Shown piece by piece: positions 46,927 to 55,698 of a stretch of DNA of 64,000 nucleotides. Each line of letters starts with the position of its first letter. Position 1 is the stretch's first letter. Source of the stretch: Methanotrichaceae archaeon (lineage in GTDB: Archaea > Halobacteriota > Methanosarcinia > Methanotrichales > Methanotrichaceae); NCBI GenBank assembly GCA_963803145.1, contig CAWDLW010000030.1, forward strand, positions 19,967 to 83,966. The letters run 5' to 3'. The notes below the pieces were generated by a model, which was given only the letters and a program-made list of their open reading frames with translations, had not been told where the DNA came from and made no database searches. A program made the translations under genes and the position numbers.

Positions 46927-47011
46927 TGCGGGGGATGGGATTCGAACCCACGAATGTCTACACAACTGGACCCTGAATCCAGCGCCTTTGACCTGGCTTG
47001 GCAACCCCCGC
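46927..47011 (-). tRNA. tRNA-Leu (anticodon CAG), 85 nt with a long variable arm
   Basis: Folded by eye. Acceptor GCGGGGG/CCCCCGC, anticodon stem CTGGA/TCCAG with loop TTCAGGG, variable arm TTGTGTAGACATTC, T-arm GTGGG-TTCGAAT-CCCAT, discriminator A. Confidence 0.9.
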
Positions 47012-47124
47012 AATGAGGCAGGCTTTTTCTTGTGCTTGTACTATTTAACTGTATTCGTTCCGTATCCGCTTACTGAATTTGTTCGCCGCTAACCATTAAC
47101 TGCTTTCAACGGCAGATACGCATG

Positions 47125-47598
47125 CTACAGTAACTCACCAGCCGCCTCGGATTTCGTCGTCTCCTCCAGCTCGAAGGATACGCCCCGTCGCCTCAGCTCC
47201 GCAGTGAAAACCTCCATGAATACGCCTGTTCCGGAAACGTGCTCATGCTCTGCCGCTCGTACCCTTCCTCCAGAGTAGCCGATAGTAGTAGTATTATTTC
47301 CGCAGCTCGGGCTTCCGCTTACGCCGACTATTCTTAGACTATAGCCCTTTGATGCAAACATCTCCATAAGGTCTGCGTAAGGCTCTAGTAACCGCCCGCA
47401 GAAGCGTCTGAACTCAGGAACATCAAGCTGATTCCTTGTGACCGCCCACCTATCCAGCCCAAGGTAGATCGCCTCCGGGCAGGGAAGCTGTATCAATGGC
47501 CCAGAGGGCATAAAACATAGAGGCCCGATGCCCTTCACCCTTGTGCAGGGGTTCAGGATGCAGTGGGCTACGACTGTGATTTCTTTTCCTTCAGCCAT
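47125..47598 (-). CDS. Cys-rich protein, DUF523/TudS-like (uncertain)
   Basis: 157-aa ORF with VVAHCILNPCTRVKG and LPCPE segments reminiscent of DUF523. The assignment is weak. Confidence 0.35.
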   Translation of the reverse strand: MAEGKEITVVAHCILNPCTRVKGIGPLCFMPSGPLIQLPCPEAIYLGLDRWAVTRNQLDVPEFRRFCGRLLEPYADLMEMFASKGYSLRIVGVSGSPSCGNNTTTIGYSGGRVRAAEHEHVSGTGVFMEVFTAELRRRGVSFELEETTKSEAAGELL

Positions 47599-48014
47599 TG
47601 CTTGACATATTGGTAAAACTTGATGCCGTCAGTTTCCTCGTAGAAGATTATCTTCTCAGTCCCATTCATGGCCTTCAGCTCGAGTGTGTTCGAGTGGAAC
47701 TCCTTAAGGTACTCGACATCATCGACATTCTCCAAGGGCACAGTCCTGACCTGATCCCAGAACATTGCGGGCCTGATGAAATGCACATTCTTCCTTGTGA
47801 CAACAAGATAGCCGAAGATCCTGTCCATCATTCCCATCCTGACCATTGCCAGCATCCGGTCAGTGGCATACCTCTCAAGGATAGCAGGGAAGATAAAAAG
47901 GGGCTCTTCGCCAACGGACGCCAGCTTCTTCAGGGCTCTCTTCAGCTTCTTAGGTGCATTGGGTGCATTAGGTGCATTCGATGTATCCGCATTAGGTGCT
48001 TCTGATGTATCCAT
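47568..48014 (-). CDS. hypothetical protein, possible bacterial-PH-like domain, with an N-terminal DTS.APNA repeat
   Basis: 148-aa ORF. The N-terminus reads MDTSEAPNADTSNAPNAPNAPKK and is encoded by short tandem DNA repeats (47950-48010). Confidence 0.4.
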   Translation of the reverse strand: MDTSEAPNADTSNAPNAPNAPKKLKRALKKLASVGEEPLFIFPAILERYATDRMLAMVRMGMMDRIFGYLVVTRKNVHFIRPAMFWDQVRTVPLENVDDVEYLKEFHSNTLELKAMNGTEKIIFYEETDGIKFYQYVKQWLKEKKSQS

Positions 48015-48025
48015 CTTCGGGTTAC

Positions 48026-49168
48026 TCAGGTTACTATCTTGTCCAGAGCATCGTTTTCAAGAGCTATCCTGACCTCGCGGGCGACTCTGCGGCCTGTGGA
48101 CATATTCGTCCTCCAGAGGGAATTTCCATATGGATGACCGACAGCCATATGCACATTCGTTCCGCCGCCGATTCTAGGAGCTACGTCGTAGATGTAGAAG
48201 TTTAGGTCCTTATCTACACAGGTCTGTAGGCAGAAGGGCCCGATAATTCCAGGCGTATAATACTCCTGCGTCGTGGCTACGTACTTCTCTGCGAGCTCAA
48301 ATGCCTTCTCAAGCAATGACTCGCGAAGAGTTGCAGAGTTATGGCCGCAGACTGTATACTCCGGATTGATCTGCTTCTCATTCAGCGTAAGCTGCTGAGG
48401 CGCAGGAAGGCGGACATGCCCGTCAAGGCTCGTCTCAAAGCGCCAATCGATTCCAAGAAGCTCTATCCTCTCGGTTATTGGGGAGTAGAAGAAGTCGAGG
48501 TTGAAGACAGGTCCGATTATGTAGCGCTCAATTCTCGCAAGCTCAAGGCCGTCTTGGTCTATGACCCCTTGTCTCAGCAAAAGGTCGGATTTCAGACAGT
48601 ACTCCTCATATGATGCCGCTGTGAAAAATCCTCTTTCAAGCGTCTTGACCGCATGAGGAAGCTTGACCATGACGAGCTGATCAATCTCATCTGGCTCAAT
48701 CTGCTCAGGATAAGGAAGGCCCGCCTTCTCAAGGAGCCAGTAATAATCCCTTTTATCCCCTCTTTCCTCAGATCGAAGCAAGTTTCTCGATCCTAGAAGG
48801 GGAACCATAAACTGATCCTCCACAGCATCTATGCCGCAGTATGATGTGAAAGATCTATTCGGAACGAAAAGCATGTTCTTTGATCTGAGGAGTCCCTGGT
48901 TCTCAGAGTCCATTATATCCGCGAATTTTCTAAGCGTCAGGACTTCATCTATCATGCCTGTGGCAACTTTTCCATTTATGCGATCTGCCCTGAAGTACTT
49001 CGCATAGGGCTTCTCTCGCCCCTCCTGGCAGATTGCAAATGTTTTGAAACCTTCCTCAACTGCACCATCGGCAGTATCAAGCGCCGAGTGGGACGCAATC
49101 ATCCCGATTCGCAGTTCACTGAGGTCGTATTCCTCAAGGACCTCCTTAATCTTGCTGCGATCGATCAA
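48026..49168 (-). CDS. purP: FAICAR synthetase (5-formaminoimidazole-4-carboxamide ribonucleotide synthetase)
   Basis: ATP-grasp type archaeal PurP sequence (IASHSALD...; GG.NVH...). TTG start 6 nt after GAGGTG. Confidence 0.85.
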   Translation of the reverse strand: MIDRSKIKEVLEEYDLSELRIGMIASHSALDTADGAVEEGFKTFAICQEGREKPYAKYFRADRINGKVATGMIDEVLTLRKFADIMDSENQGLLRSKNMLFVPNRSFTSYCGIDAVEDQFMVPLLGSRNLLRSEERGDKRDYYWLLEKAGLPYPEQIEPDEIDQLVMVKLPHAVKTLERGFFTAASYEEYCLKSDLLLRQGVIDQDGLELARIERYIIGPVFNLDFFYSPITERIELLGIDWRFETSLDGHVRLPAPQQLTLNEKQINPEYTVCGHNSATLRESLLEKAFELAEKYVATTQEYYTPGIIGPFCLQTCVDKDLNFYIYDVAPRIGGGTNVHMAVGHPYGNSLWRTNMSTGRRVAREVRIALENDALDKIVT

Positions 49169-49232
49169 TCAAAGCACCTCAAAATAATTATGTTGATCTG
49201 TCATATCTACATCCTAATTAAGATGACCATTG

Positions 49233-49997
49233 TTACCCCAAGGAAACAAATAATTCCCCTTTACCATTCTCAACCAGATCGCCGATATATTTCTGATGAT
49301 CCACCCCATCAAGCTTGACGACATCAGCCTTCTGGAAGCTTGGAAGCACCTTTGTTTTACCCCGCACAGTTATCGTTCCCTTCGTCATCTCTGCACCCGG
49401 AAGGTAGGTGCTCCCACCGATAAATATTGTGCCACCCTGATTCGCAGCACCGGGAAAATCATCGACGTTTCCATCCACATGAATGCTGCCACCACACATA
49501 TGTTCGCCCAGGTATGCGCCAGCATTTCCACCTATTTGGATTTCTCCACCACGCATGCCACACTTCTCGCCCCTATAGCCAGAGCCCGCATAGTTTCCCG
49601 CATTCCCTAACACTGCAATCTTTCCGCCGCGCATCTCTCGCCCGAGCCAATCATCTGCGTTCCCACCTATTTGCAGCAGACCGCCCTTCATATTGTTGCC
49701 GGCATGCATGCCTACGCTGTCTGCTACATCTATTGTGCCGGCGGACATGCCCTCGCCTATCCGCTTTACCTTGGAGAAATCGCCCTCCAAACGGATCAGA
49801 GTATCCTCGGGCAATGTTGCATCTTCGTCTCCACCCGCCTTAAAAAGGTCCGAGAGCTTATGTTTGCGATTGCCCTGCCAGACATCGAGGTCTCTTATCT
49901 GGCCCAGGGTTATGCTCGCGAGCTTATCAGGCGATATATTCTCGGCCTCGACCGAGATATCGAAAACCTTTAGGGGGCTGATAATAATAGTCCTCAT
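49233..49997 (-). CDS. fwdC: formylmethanofuran dehydrogenase subunit C
   Basis: Repeated G..GG.I.V.GN.G beta-helix motifs typical of FwdC/FmdC. Confidence 0.9.
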   Translation of the reverse strand: MRTIIISPLKVFDISVEAENISPDKLASITLGQIRDLDVWQGNRKHKLSDLFKAGGDEDATLPEDTLIRLEGDFSKVKRIGEGMSAGTIDVADSVGMHAGNNMKGGLLQIGGNADDWLGREMRGGKIAVLGNAGNYAGSGYRGEKCGMRGGEIQIGGNAGAYLGEHMCGGSIHVDGNVDDFPGAANQGGTIFIGGSTYLPGAEMTKGTITVRGKTKVLPSFQKADVVKLDGVDHQKYIGDLVENGKGELFVSLG

Positions 49998-51719
49998 CTA
50001 GGCAACCTCCCTCACAGCCCCTATGCCTGTCTCCTGCATGCCCGCCTTTATCACTATTGGATTAGGAACATAGGCATCCTGGACCATATAATTCGACAGC
50101 TTTACGCTGTAATACCTCTCGAACTTCTCCTTGAGATCTGCCATAACCCTATCCATGTCCACTTTCGGCACTGATGCATCCACCCAATATGTTCTACCCT
50201 CTGGCGTTGCCAATATTTCGCCACCCTTCGAAACAACAACTCCGCCTTTTATGGTGTACTTTGCCTTTGCCAGAGCCTTCTTCACAAGCTGGTGATCCTT
50301 GCTCGTATCGACCTCTTCCGGCTTTATGTCGTAGATCGAGATGTCTGCGTCGGCTCCAATTCCTAGGTGCCCTTTATCACCCAACCCCAAGATACGCGCA
50401 GGTGCGGCCCGCGTCATGATGGCTATATCATTCCAATCCAGCTCACGCTCAATGCTGGCTATCGTGGATTTTTTGGCTGCCATCTCATGCTGTGTGGCAA
50501 GCTCCTCTGCTCTCTTGGATTTGCTCATGAGCAGAGCGATGACCTCTGGGTAGTTGACGAAGGGGCTCCCGTTGGGGTGATCTGTCGTCATGATCACTTT
50601 CCAGGGGTCCTTTGTGAGAAGAGCGAGCTCAAGGCCAGCCGCCCACTGTACATCGTTGACGATGTTCTTTCTGAAGTAAACCCAAGGCACTACACCGCTT
50701 GATTCCTCGAGCTCAATATCGTGGTTAGACCACTTCGCATGAGCCAGCCTCGCATTGCCATACTCCAGTGGAGCATCTGCAGTCATTGTAGTGGCAGATC
50801 CGAAGAGCACCTGGCCCAAGTCCATAGTAGCATGATTATTTTTATTGAAGTAGTCGGCAATCACGGGAGCCTTGGATTCGAAGTCCCTCCAGCTCGTTCC
50901 TCCGTAGGATGAGAACTGCATGTGCGCTATATGGACCACCTGTCTCATTCTGCTCGGCTTCACGTCCTTAAGAAGCTCCAAAGTCTCTAAAGCGGTGGTA
51001 TAGTTCCCAGGCTTTCCTGTATTGTTGAAGTGAAGATGGATTGAGTGCGGCAGGCGAAGCATCTCATTAGCCTCTGCAAGTCCATGGATGATCTCAGCTG
51101 GTGTAACATCGAAGTTGGGCACAGGATCATGTAGCCCTTTCACATTGGCCCCAAAGCCCCATGCTTCGCCCCCTCCTGGATTAACCAGCTTAACCCCATA
51201 ACCTCTGGATGCCCTCAGCCCCCAGGCCACATAGGCTGCCAGCTTTGGAATATCCTTATCACGGACGCACTCCATGACCTCCCAGTTACTGCCAAACAAA
51301 GTTAATGCGCCCTTATCAATTATCGGAATCTCTTCGAGCTCCTCATGAGTATGGCGCGCCTCGAGTATCGGCGTAGCAGCCTCAAAGGCTGTCGTGTAAC
51401 CCAGTCCAGCATAGCGATAGCCTATGGCGTAACAGTTAGGAACAGTGTATCCAGTAGATGGCCTACATACAGCTGTTTTGGGCTCAATACCAAGCCTTGA
51501 ATCGCCAGGGCTCATTATCCTGCCTGTGTTCACCTTAGCGCCTGCAATATGAGAATGAGCGTCTACTCCGCCTGGCATGACCAGTAGGCCTCGGGCATCT
51601 ATCTCTTCCCCTTTTGTGTCCTCAACGATCCTGCCGGTCTCTATGCAGATGTCCATCTCATCGCCGAAAACGCCGTTTTCAGGATCATAGACCAACCCGC
51701 CCCTGATTATCATCTTCAA
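49998..51719 (-). CDS. fwdA: formylmethanofuran dehydrogenase subunit A (amidohydrolase)
   Basis: 573 aa. Metal-dependent hydrolase motif GGVDAHSH. Operon context. The start is TTG or the ATG two codons downstream. Confidence 0.9.
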   Translation of the reverse strand: MKMIIRGGLVYDPENGVFGDEMDICIETGRIVEDTKGEEIDARGLLVMPGGVDAHSHIAGAKVNTGRIMSPGDSRLGIEPKTAVCRPSTGYTVPNCYAIGYRYAGLGYTTAFEAATPILEARHTHEELEEIPIIDKGALTLFGSNWEVMECVRDKDIPKLAAYVAWGLRASRGYGVKLVNPGGGEAWGFGANVKGLHDPVPNFDVTPAEIIHGLAEANEMLRLPHSIHLHFNNTGKPGNYTTALETLELLKDVKPSRMRQVVHIAHMQFSSYGGTSWRDFESKAPVIADYFNKNNHATMDLGQVLFGSATTMTADAPLEYGNARLAHAKWSNHDIELEESSGVVPWVYFRKNIVNDVQWAAGLELALLTKDPWKVIMTTDHPNGSPFVNYPEVIALLMSKSKRAEELATQHEMAAKKSTIASIERELDWNDIAIMTRAAPARILGLGDKGHLGIGADADISIYDIKPEEVDTSKDHQLVKKALAKAKYTIKGGVVVSKGGEILATPEGRTYWVDASVPKVDMDRVMADLKEKFERYYSVKLSNYMVQDAYVPNPIVIKAGMQETGIGAVREVA

Positions 51720-53023
51720 GCCTCCTTGCTAGCGACAGTTCCGCGCCTTCTCTTCACGCTCTCTAAGATATTGTTTAAAATCAACTCATCGCTCGGATAG
51801 CTTGAATCCACAAGCTTCCTCATTCTCAGCGAAACGCCATCCATACGATATGCGGTCCCCTCGGCCTCAATACCTGCGACTGCGCTGGGTATGACGACCT
51901 CTGCGAACATTGTTGTGGGATTTTCATATGGATCGATCTGGATTACAGGTATCTTTGCCAGGTAATCAACAATCGATCTAGGAAAGTTGGATGCGGGATC
52001 CGCAGCTATGATCAGGGCTGCATCTGCATCTTGTCTTGCCAAAACATCACATGCGGCTGTCTCTCCCGGATTGAAATAGGGCATGCCGCGCGAGTAGTCG
52101 ATTGACATGGGGAAGCCCGATGACCATGCCATGACCTGGCCCATCCCTGTCACGTTGTAATGGCCACGCATCGGCATCACCACAAACTTCGTGTGGGCGT
52201 TAAGCTCAGCGACAAAAGAGAGAGCATTATCTATGTTCTTGTACCGCCCTCGCGAATGAGTCATCCCGAGGCCGAAGAAGAACGCCCCAAATTTTGCCGA
52301 TTTAAGCAGATCAATAAGCGATGCAAGCTCAGTCTTGGGCACGCCTTCCACGTCATCAGGCACTGCATCTCCCTTTCCAGCAAGGATCATTCTCAAGGCG
52401 GATATGACCTCATAATCGGTTCCCGGCTTTATGAGAATAAATTTGTCGGCATTCTTAGCAGTTCTCGTTTCTCGGACATCTACTACCACTACCTTTCGAC
52501 CCTTCCTCCCAGCAGGCGTAAACATGCCGGAGACATTGGACGAATATCGCAAGCTGTGCCTGGGATGAGCCTCGGCGGGGTTGCAGCCCCAGAAAACTAT
52601 CAGATCTGCACGATTTTTGACCTGGCCAAGAGTTGCACCCGCCATTCCCTTCTCCTCAATGCCCATAACCGAAGGACCATGGCAGACTGTGGCAGTCGAA
52701 TCCAAGACGCCGCCCACTTCTTCAGCGAGCAAGACGCCCTTCTTCTGGGCCTCACAGACTGTCGATGCCCAGCCATAGAGAAGAGGATGTTTTGCACATA
52801 TCAGAATGTCTGCAGCGCGGTCATATGCCTCCTGGTAGCTTACCTCCGTGAGCTCACCATCCTTTCGTATCATTGGCGTCTCGATCCTGTCGTGCCCCAT
52901 AATTTTGCTGGCTCCGAGACGACAGGCATGCCTCACGCGCTTTACTTTGCCATCCTCAATATCCACCAACAGATCATCACATAGGCAGCCGCAGAAAGAG
53001 CAGACCACATCCTCGGCAATCAT
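51716..53023 (-). CDS. fwdB: formylmethanofuran dehydrogenase subunit B (Mo/W-bis-PGD subunit), Cys type
   Basis: CSFCGCLCDD Fe-S motif. Canonical ATVCHGP with Cys-His. No in-frame TGA, so it is not a selenoprotein. Confidence 0.9.
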   Translation of the reverse strand: MIAEDVVCSFCGCLCDDLLVDIEDGKVKRVRHACRLGASKIMGHDRIETPMIRKDGELTEVSYQEAYDRAADILICAKHPLLYGWASTVCEAQKKGVLLAEEVGGVLDSTATVCHGPSVMGIEEKGMAGATLGQVKNRADLIVFWGCNPAEAHPRHSLRYSSNVSGMFTPAGRKGRKVVVVDVRETRTAKNADKFILIKPGTDYEVISALRMILAGKGDAVPDDVEGVPKTELASLIDLLKSAKFGAFFFGLGMTHSRGRYKNIDNALSFVAELNAHTKFVVMPMRGHYNVTGMGQVMAWSSGFPMSIDYSRGMPYFNPGETAACDVLARQDADAALIIAADPASNFPRSIVDYLAKIPVIQIDPYENPTTMFAEVVIPSAVAGIEAEGTAYRMDGVSLRMRKLVDSSYPSDELILNNILESVKRRRGTVASKEA

Positions 53024-53403
53024 GAGTTCGACCTCCGGATATTTTTAAACAGCTCACGCTCTGTGAGGACCGGCTTATCAGTAGCCTCTACATCAACCTC
53101 AACGCCTTTATAATGCGGCGTGCCGCAGCCCCCCGTATCAGGCCCCACGACGACATTTGCCCAAGGGCCCATGGGTATGAATATAATTCCTGACGGCAGA
53201 CCGGGATCCACACGGCCTGAGAGAACAACCTGACCGGACCTGTTTTTAATTAGAACATTTTCTCCGTCTGTTAGCCCCAGAGAGCTGTAATCCTTCTCGG
53301 ACAGCAAGCAAGTCGAGACCGCTTTGAAGAATTCATCAGACTTCTTGCATTCACAGCTCGCACCTTGCGCCAGAGTGCGCCCTGAGATCATGACCGCCTT
53401 CAA
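53020..53403 (-). CDS. fwdD: formylmethanofuran dehydrogenase subunit D
   Basis: 127 aa with the typical FwdD N-terminus (MKAVMISGRTLAQG). TTG start 5 nt after GGTGGT. Confidence 0.85.
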   Translation of the reverse strand: MKAVMISGRTLAQGASCECKKSDEFFKAVSTCLLSEKDYSSLGLTDGENVLIKNRSGQVVLSGRVDPGLPSGIIFIPMGPWANVVVGPDTGGCGTPHYKGVEVDVEATDKPVLTERELFKNIRRSNS

Positions 53404-53487
53404 ATCGAACCACCTAATATTCCCATTTCCATAAGCTTTTCAATGCTAAAAAGTGAGCGGTAGTTGACGTGCATATTGATATAGTTT

Positions 53488-53551
53488 CCAAGTAAGTCGC
53501 TATGTTTGCATTAATTCAACTAAGTAAGTCTCTATGTTTGGATTAATTTAA
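53488..53551. repeat. 32-nt tandem duplication (2 copies, 28/32 identical) in the fwd/leuD divergent intergenic region
   Basis: Copy 1: ccaagtaagtcgctatgtttgcattaattcaa. Copy 2: ctaagtaagtctctatgtttggattaatttaa. Each copy carries an ATTAATT A/T box. Confidence 0.8.
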
Positions 53552-53591
53552 TATACTTCCATCTCATTGGGTGAGAATTCACCTGTTGGAG

Positions 53592-54095
53592 ATGAACATT
53601 TTGACTGGGAGAGCTTGGAAATTCGGGGATGATATAGACACAGATGCAATCATACCTGGCCGTTATCTTGTTATCAACGACCCAACAGAGCTTGCGCAGC
53701 ACCTCTTCGAGGGACTGCGACCTGAGATGACCGTTCAAGTACGTGAGGGCGATTTTGTCGTTGCAGGCGATAACTTCGGGTGCGGCTCATCAAGAGAGCA
53801 TGCACCTCTGGCACTAAAAGGTGCAGGCATATCGGCCATCGTGGCAAAATCATTTGCCAGGATATTCTTCAGAAACGCGATAAACATTGGCCTACCCCTG
53901 TTCATCTGCTCTGATGTAGATAGGATAAAAGACGGCGACCCCTTGGAGATAGACATGGCCAACGGTGTAATATACAACCTCTCCAGTGGCGAATCTTATA
54001 AGACATCGCCCCTTCCTCAGTTCCTGATGGAGATCGTAGAGGTGGGCGGACTCATAGAGTATACGAAGAGACTGGTCGTAAGGGTGTTGGGATGA
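53592..54095 (+). CDS. leuD: 3-isopropylmalate dehydratase small subunit (aconitase swivel domain)
   Basis: [27 protein letters not shown]... and [10 protein letters not shown] motifs. Start trimmed to the ATG at 53592. Confidence 0.85.
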   Translation: MNILTGRAWKFGDDIDTDAIIPGRYLVINDPTELAQHLFEGLRPEMTVQVREGDFVVAGDNFGCGSSREHAPLALKGAGISAIVAKSFARIFFRNAINIGLPLFICSDVDRIKDGDPLEIDMANGVIYNLSSGESYKTSPLPQFLMEIVEVGGLIEYTKRLVVRVLG

Positions 54096-55216
54096 ACTAT
54101 AAAGTGCCAGTTGTTCCAGGCGATGGCATAGGACCTGAAATAATAGCTGAGGGTAGACGGGTCCTCGAAGCTGCTTCAGACAAGCATGGCTTCTCAATTG
54201 ACTGGATAGAATTTCCCCTGGGAGCAGAGCATTATCTTAAAACAGGGGAGCTTGTGAGCGAAGAGACTCTCAAAGAGCTTGGCAAATATAAGGCCATTTA
54301 CCTTGGAGCAATAGGCGATCCAAGGGTTAAGCCGGGCATACTTGAAAAGGGCGTACTTTTAGCGATGAGGTTCTACTTCGATCAGTATGTGAACCTCCGT
54401 CCTGTGAAGCTTCTGGAAGGCGTCTGGACTCCACTGAAGGATAAGGGACCGAAAGATATTGATTTTGTTGTAGTGAGAGAAAATACAGAGGACTTCTACA
54501 TCGGCATAGGCAGCCGCGCAAAAGCTGGACATAGCCACGCAGATTTTGAGGTCATTCGTGCGCTCTATAACATAAAGTTCGGCTTGGATGTAGATTCTGA
54601 TAGCGAGGAGATAGGCTATCAGATTGGCGAAGTGAGCAAAGAAGGATGCCACCGGGTAATAAAATACGCATTTGATCTGGCTATGAAGCGGAGAAAACAG
54701 GTTTCAAGCGTCGATAAGGCAAATGTCCTCAGCGATATCTACGGCTTCTGGAGGGAGATCTTTACAGAGGTCGCGCATACTTACCCGTCAGTCAAGACAG
54801 ACTTCAACTTTGTTGATGCCATAACTATGTGGTTCGTCAAAAATCCCGAATGGTTCGACGTCGTAGTAGCGCCGAACATGTTTGGCGATATCATAACAGA
54901 CCTCGGTGCCATGATCCAAGGCGGTCTTGGGCTCGCGCCCGGCGCAAATCTGAACCCAGAGGGGACAAGCATGTTTGAGCCCATTCATGGGAGCGCACCA
55001 AAGTATAAAGGCATGAATAAGGTCAATCCGATAGCAACCATCTGGGCAGGGGCACTGCTTCTTGATCACCTGGGCGAGCAAGAGGCTGCCGAAGATATAG
55101 TGAAGGCAATCGAAAGGAATTTATTTGAAGGAAGAATTAGAACCTACGATCTTGGAGGAGGCTCGACAACATCGGAGGTGGGGACTGAGATCGCCAGGCT
55201 GGTCGGGAGTATCTGA
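54092..55216 (+). CDS. leuB: 3-isopropylmalate dehydrogenase family (LeuB; an AksF-type homoisocitrate dehydrogenase is not excluded)
   Basis: Beta-decarboxylating dehydrogenase motifs ([31 protein letters not shown]). ATGA overlap with leuD. Confidence 0.8.
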   Translation: MNYKVPVVPGDGIGPEIIAEGRRVLEAASDKHGFSIDWIEFPLGAEHYLKTGELVSEETLKELGKYKAIYLGAIGDPRVKPGILEKGVLLAMRFYFDQYVNLRPVKLLEGVWTPLKDKGPKDIDFVVVRENTEDFYIGIGSRAKAGHSHADFEVIRALYNIKFGLDVDSDSEEIGYQIGEVSKEGCHRVIKYAFDLAMKRRKQVSSVDKANVLSDIYGFWREIFTEVAHTYPSVKTDFNFVDAITMWFVKNPEWFDVVVAPNMFGDIITDLGAMIQGGLGLAPGANLNPEGTSMFEPIHGSAPKYKGMNKVNPIATIWAGALLLDHLGEQEAAEDIVKAIERNLFEGRIRTYDLGGGSTTSEVGTEIARLVGSI

Positions 55217-55306
55217 CTCCCTTCAAGGGAAAAAGTTTTATGCCGGAGGATTTCATTTCTCACATAGTGCAGTTAAAAAGGCTTAAGGCATGTGCCTGCA
55301 TCATGG

Positions 55307-55397
55307 GGGCTTGTAGCTCAGTTAGGCAGAGCGTCTGGCTTTTAAATTTTCGTATGAAGATACCAGGTGGCCGAGGGTTCAAATCCCTTCAAGCCCG
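55307..55397 (+). tRNA. tRNA-Lys (anticodon UUU) with a 17-nt intron at the canonical 37/38 position
   Basis: Acceptor GGGCTTG/CAAGCCC, D-arm GCTC-AGTTAGGCA-GAGC, anticodon stem TCTGG/CCAGG, loop CTTTTA|A. The intron AATTTTCGTATGAAGAT forms a 4-bp helix CTTT/GAAG between 3-nt bulges TAA and ATA (BHB-like). T-arm GAGGG-TTCAAAT-CCCTT. Confidence 0.8.
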
Positions 55398-55448
55398 CTC
55401 GCGGCTCCCTTGAGCCTTGCTGTTATTTCTCTTAAGAGGTGGCTTAAA

Positions 55449-55688
55449 TTGACAATCAAATTTGCCGTAAAGGATCACGAGCTTGTCCCGGCGCATATTC
55501 TGCTCACAATTGAGGAAAGTGAGAAGATCCTCGGGCTATATGGCATAGAGGCGCCTCAGTTGCCTAAGATCCATGTTGACGATCCTGCTGCCAAGGAGAT
55601 CAACGCTAAGGTAGGGGATATAATCAAGATAATCAGGAGAAGTCCGACTGCAACCCAATCAGTCTTTTATAGACTGGTAATAGATTAA
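55449..55688 (+). CDS. rpoH: DNA-directed RNA polymerase subunit H (Rpo5)
   Basis: MTIKFAVKDHELVPAHILL... is typical of RpoH. TTG start 8 nt after GAGGTG. The ORF-track N-terminal extension was rejected. Confidence 0.85.
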   Translation: MTIKFAVKDHELVPAHILLTIEESEKILGLYGIEAPQLPKIHVDDPAAKEINAKVGDIIKIIRRSPTATQSVFYRLVID

Positions 55689-55698
55689 AGGTGATCTT

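Noticed and set aside
52160-52984. 274-aa ORF on the plus strand, antisense to fwdB
   Set aside because: It lies entirely inside a well-supported, motif-rich gene on the opposite strand. Its translation is low-complexity and motif-free, with no Shine-Dalgarno site. It is a typical shadow ORF.
51716-53023. Selenocysteine in FwdB
   Set aside because: Neither FwdB paralog has an in-frame TGA. Both use Cys at the expected position.
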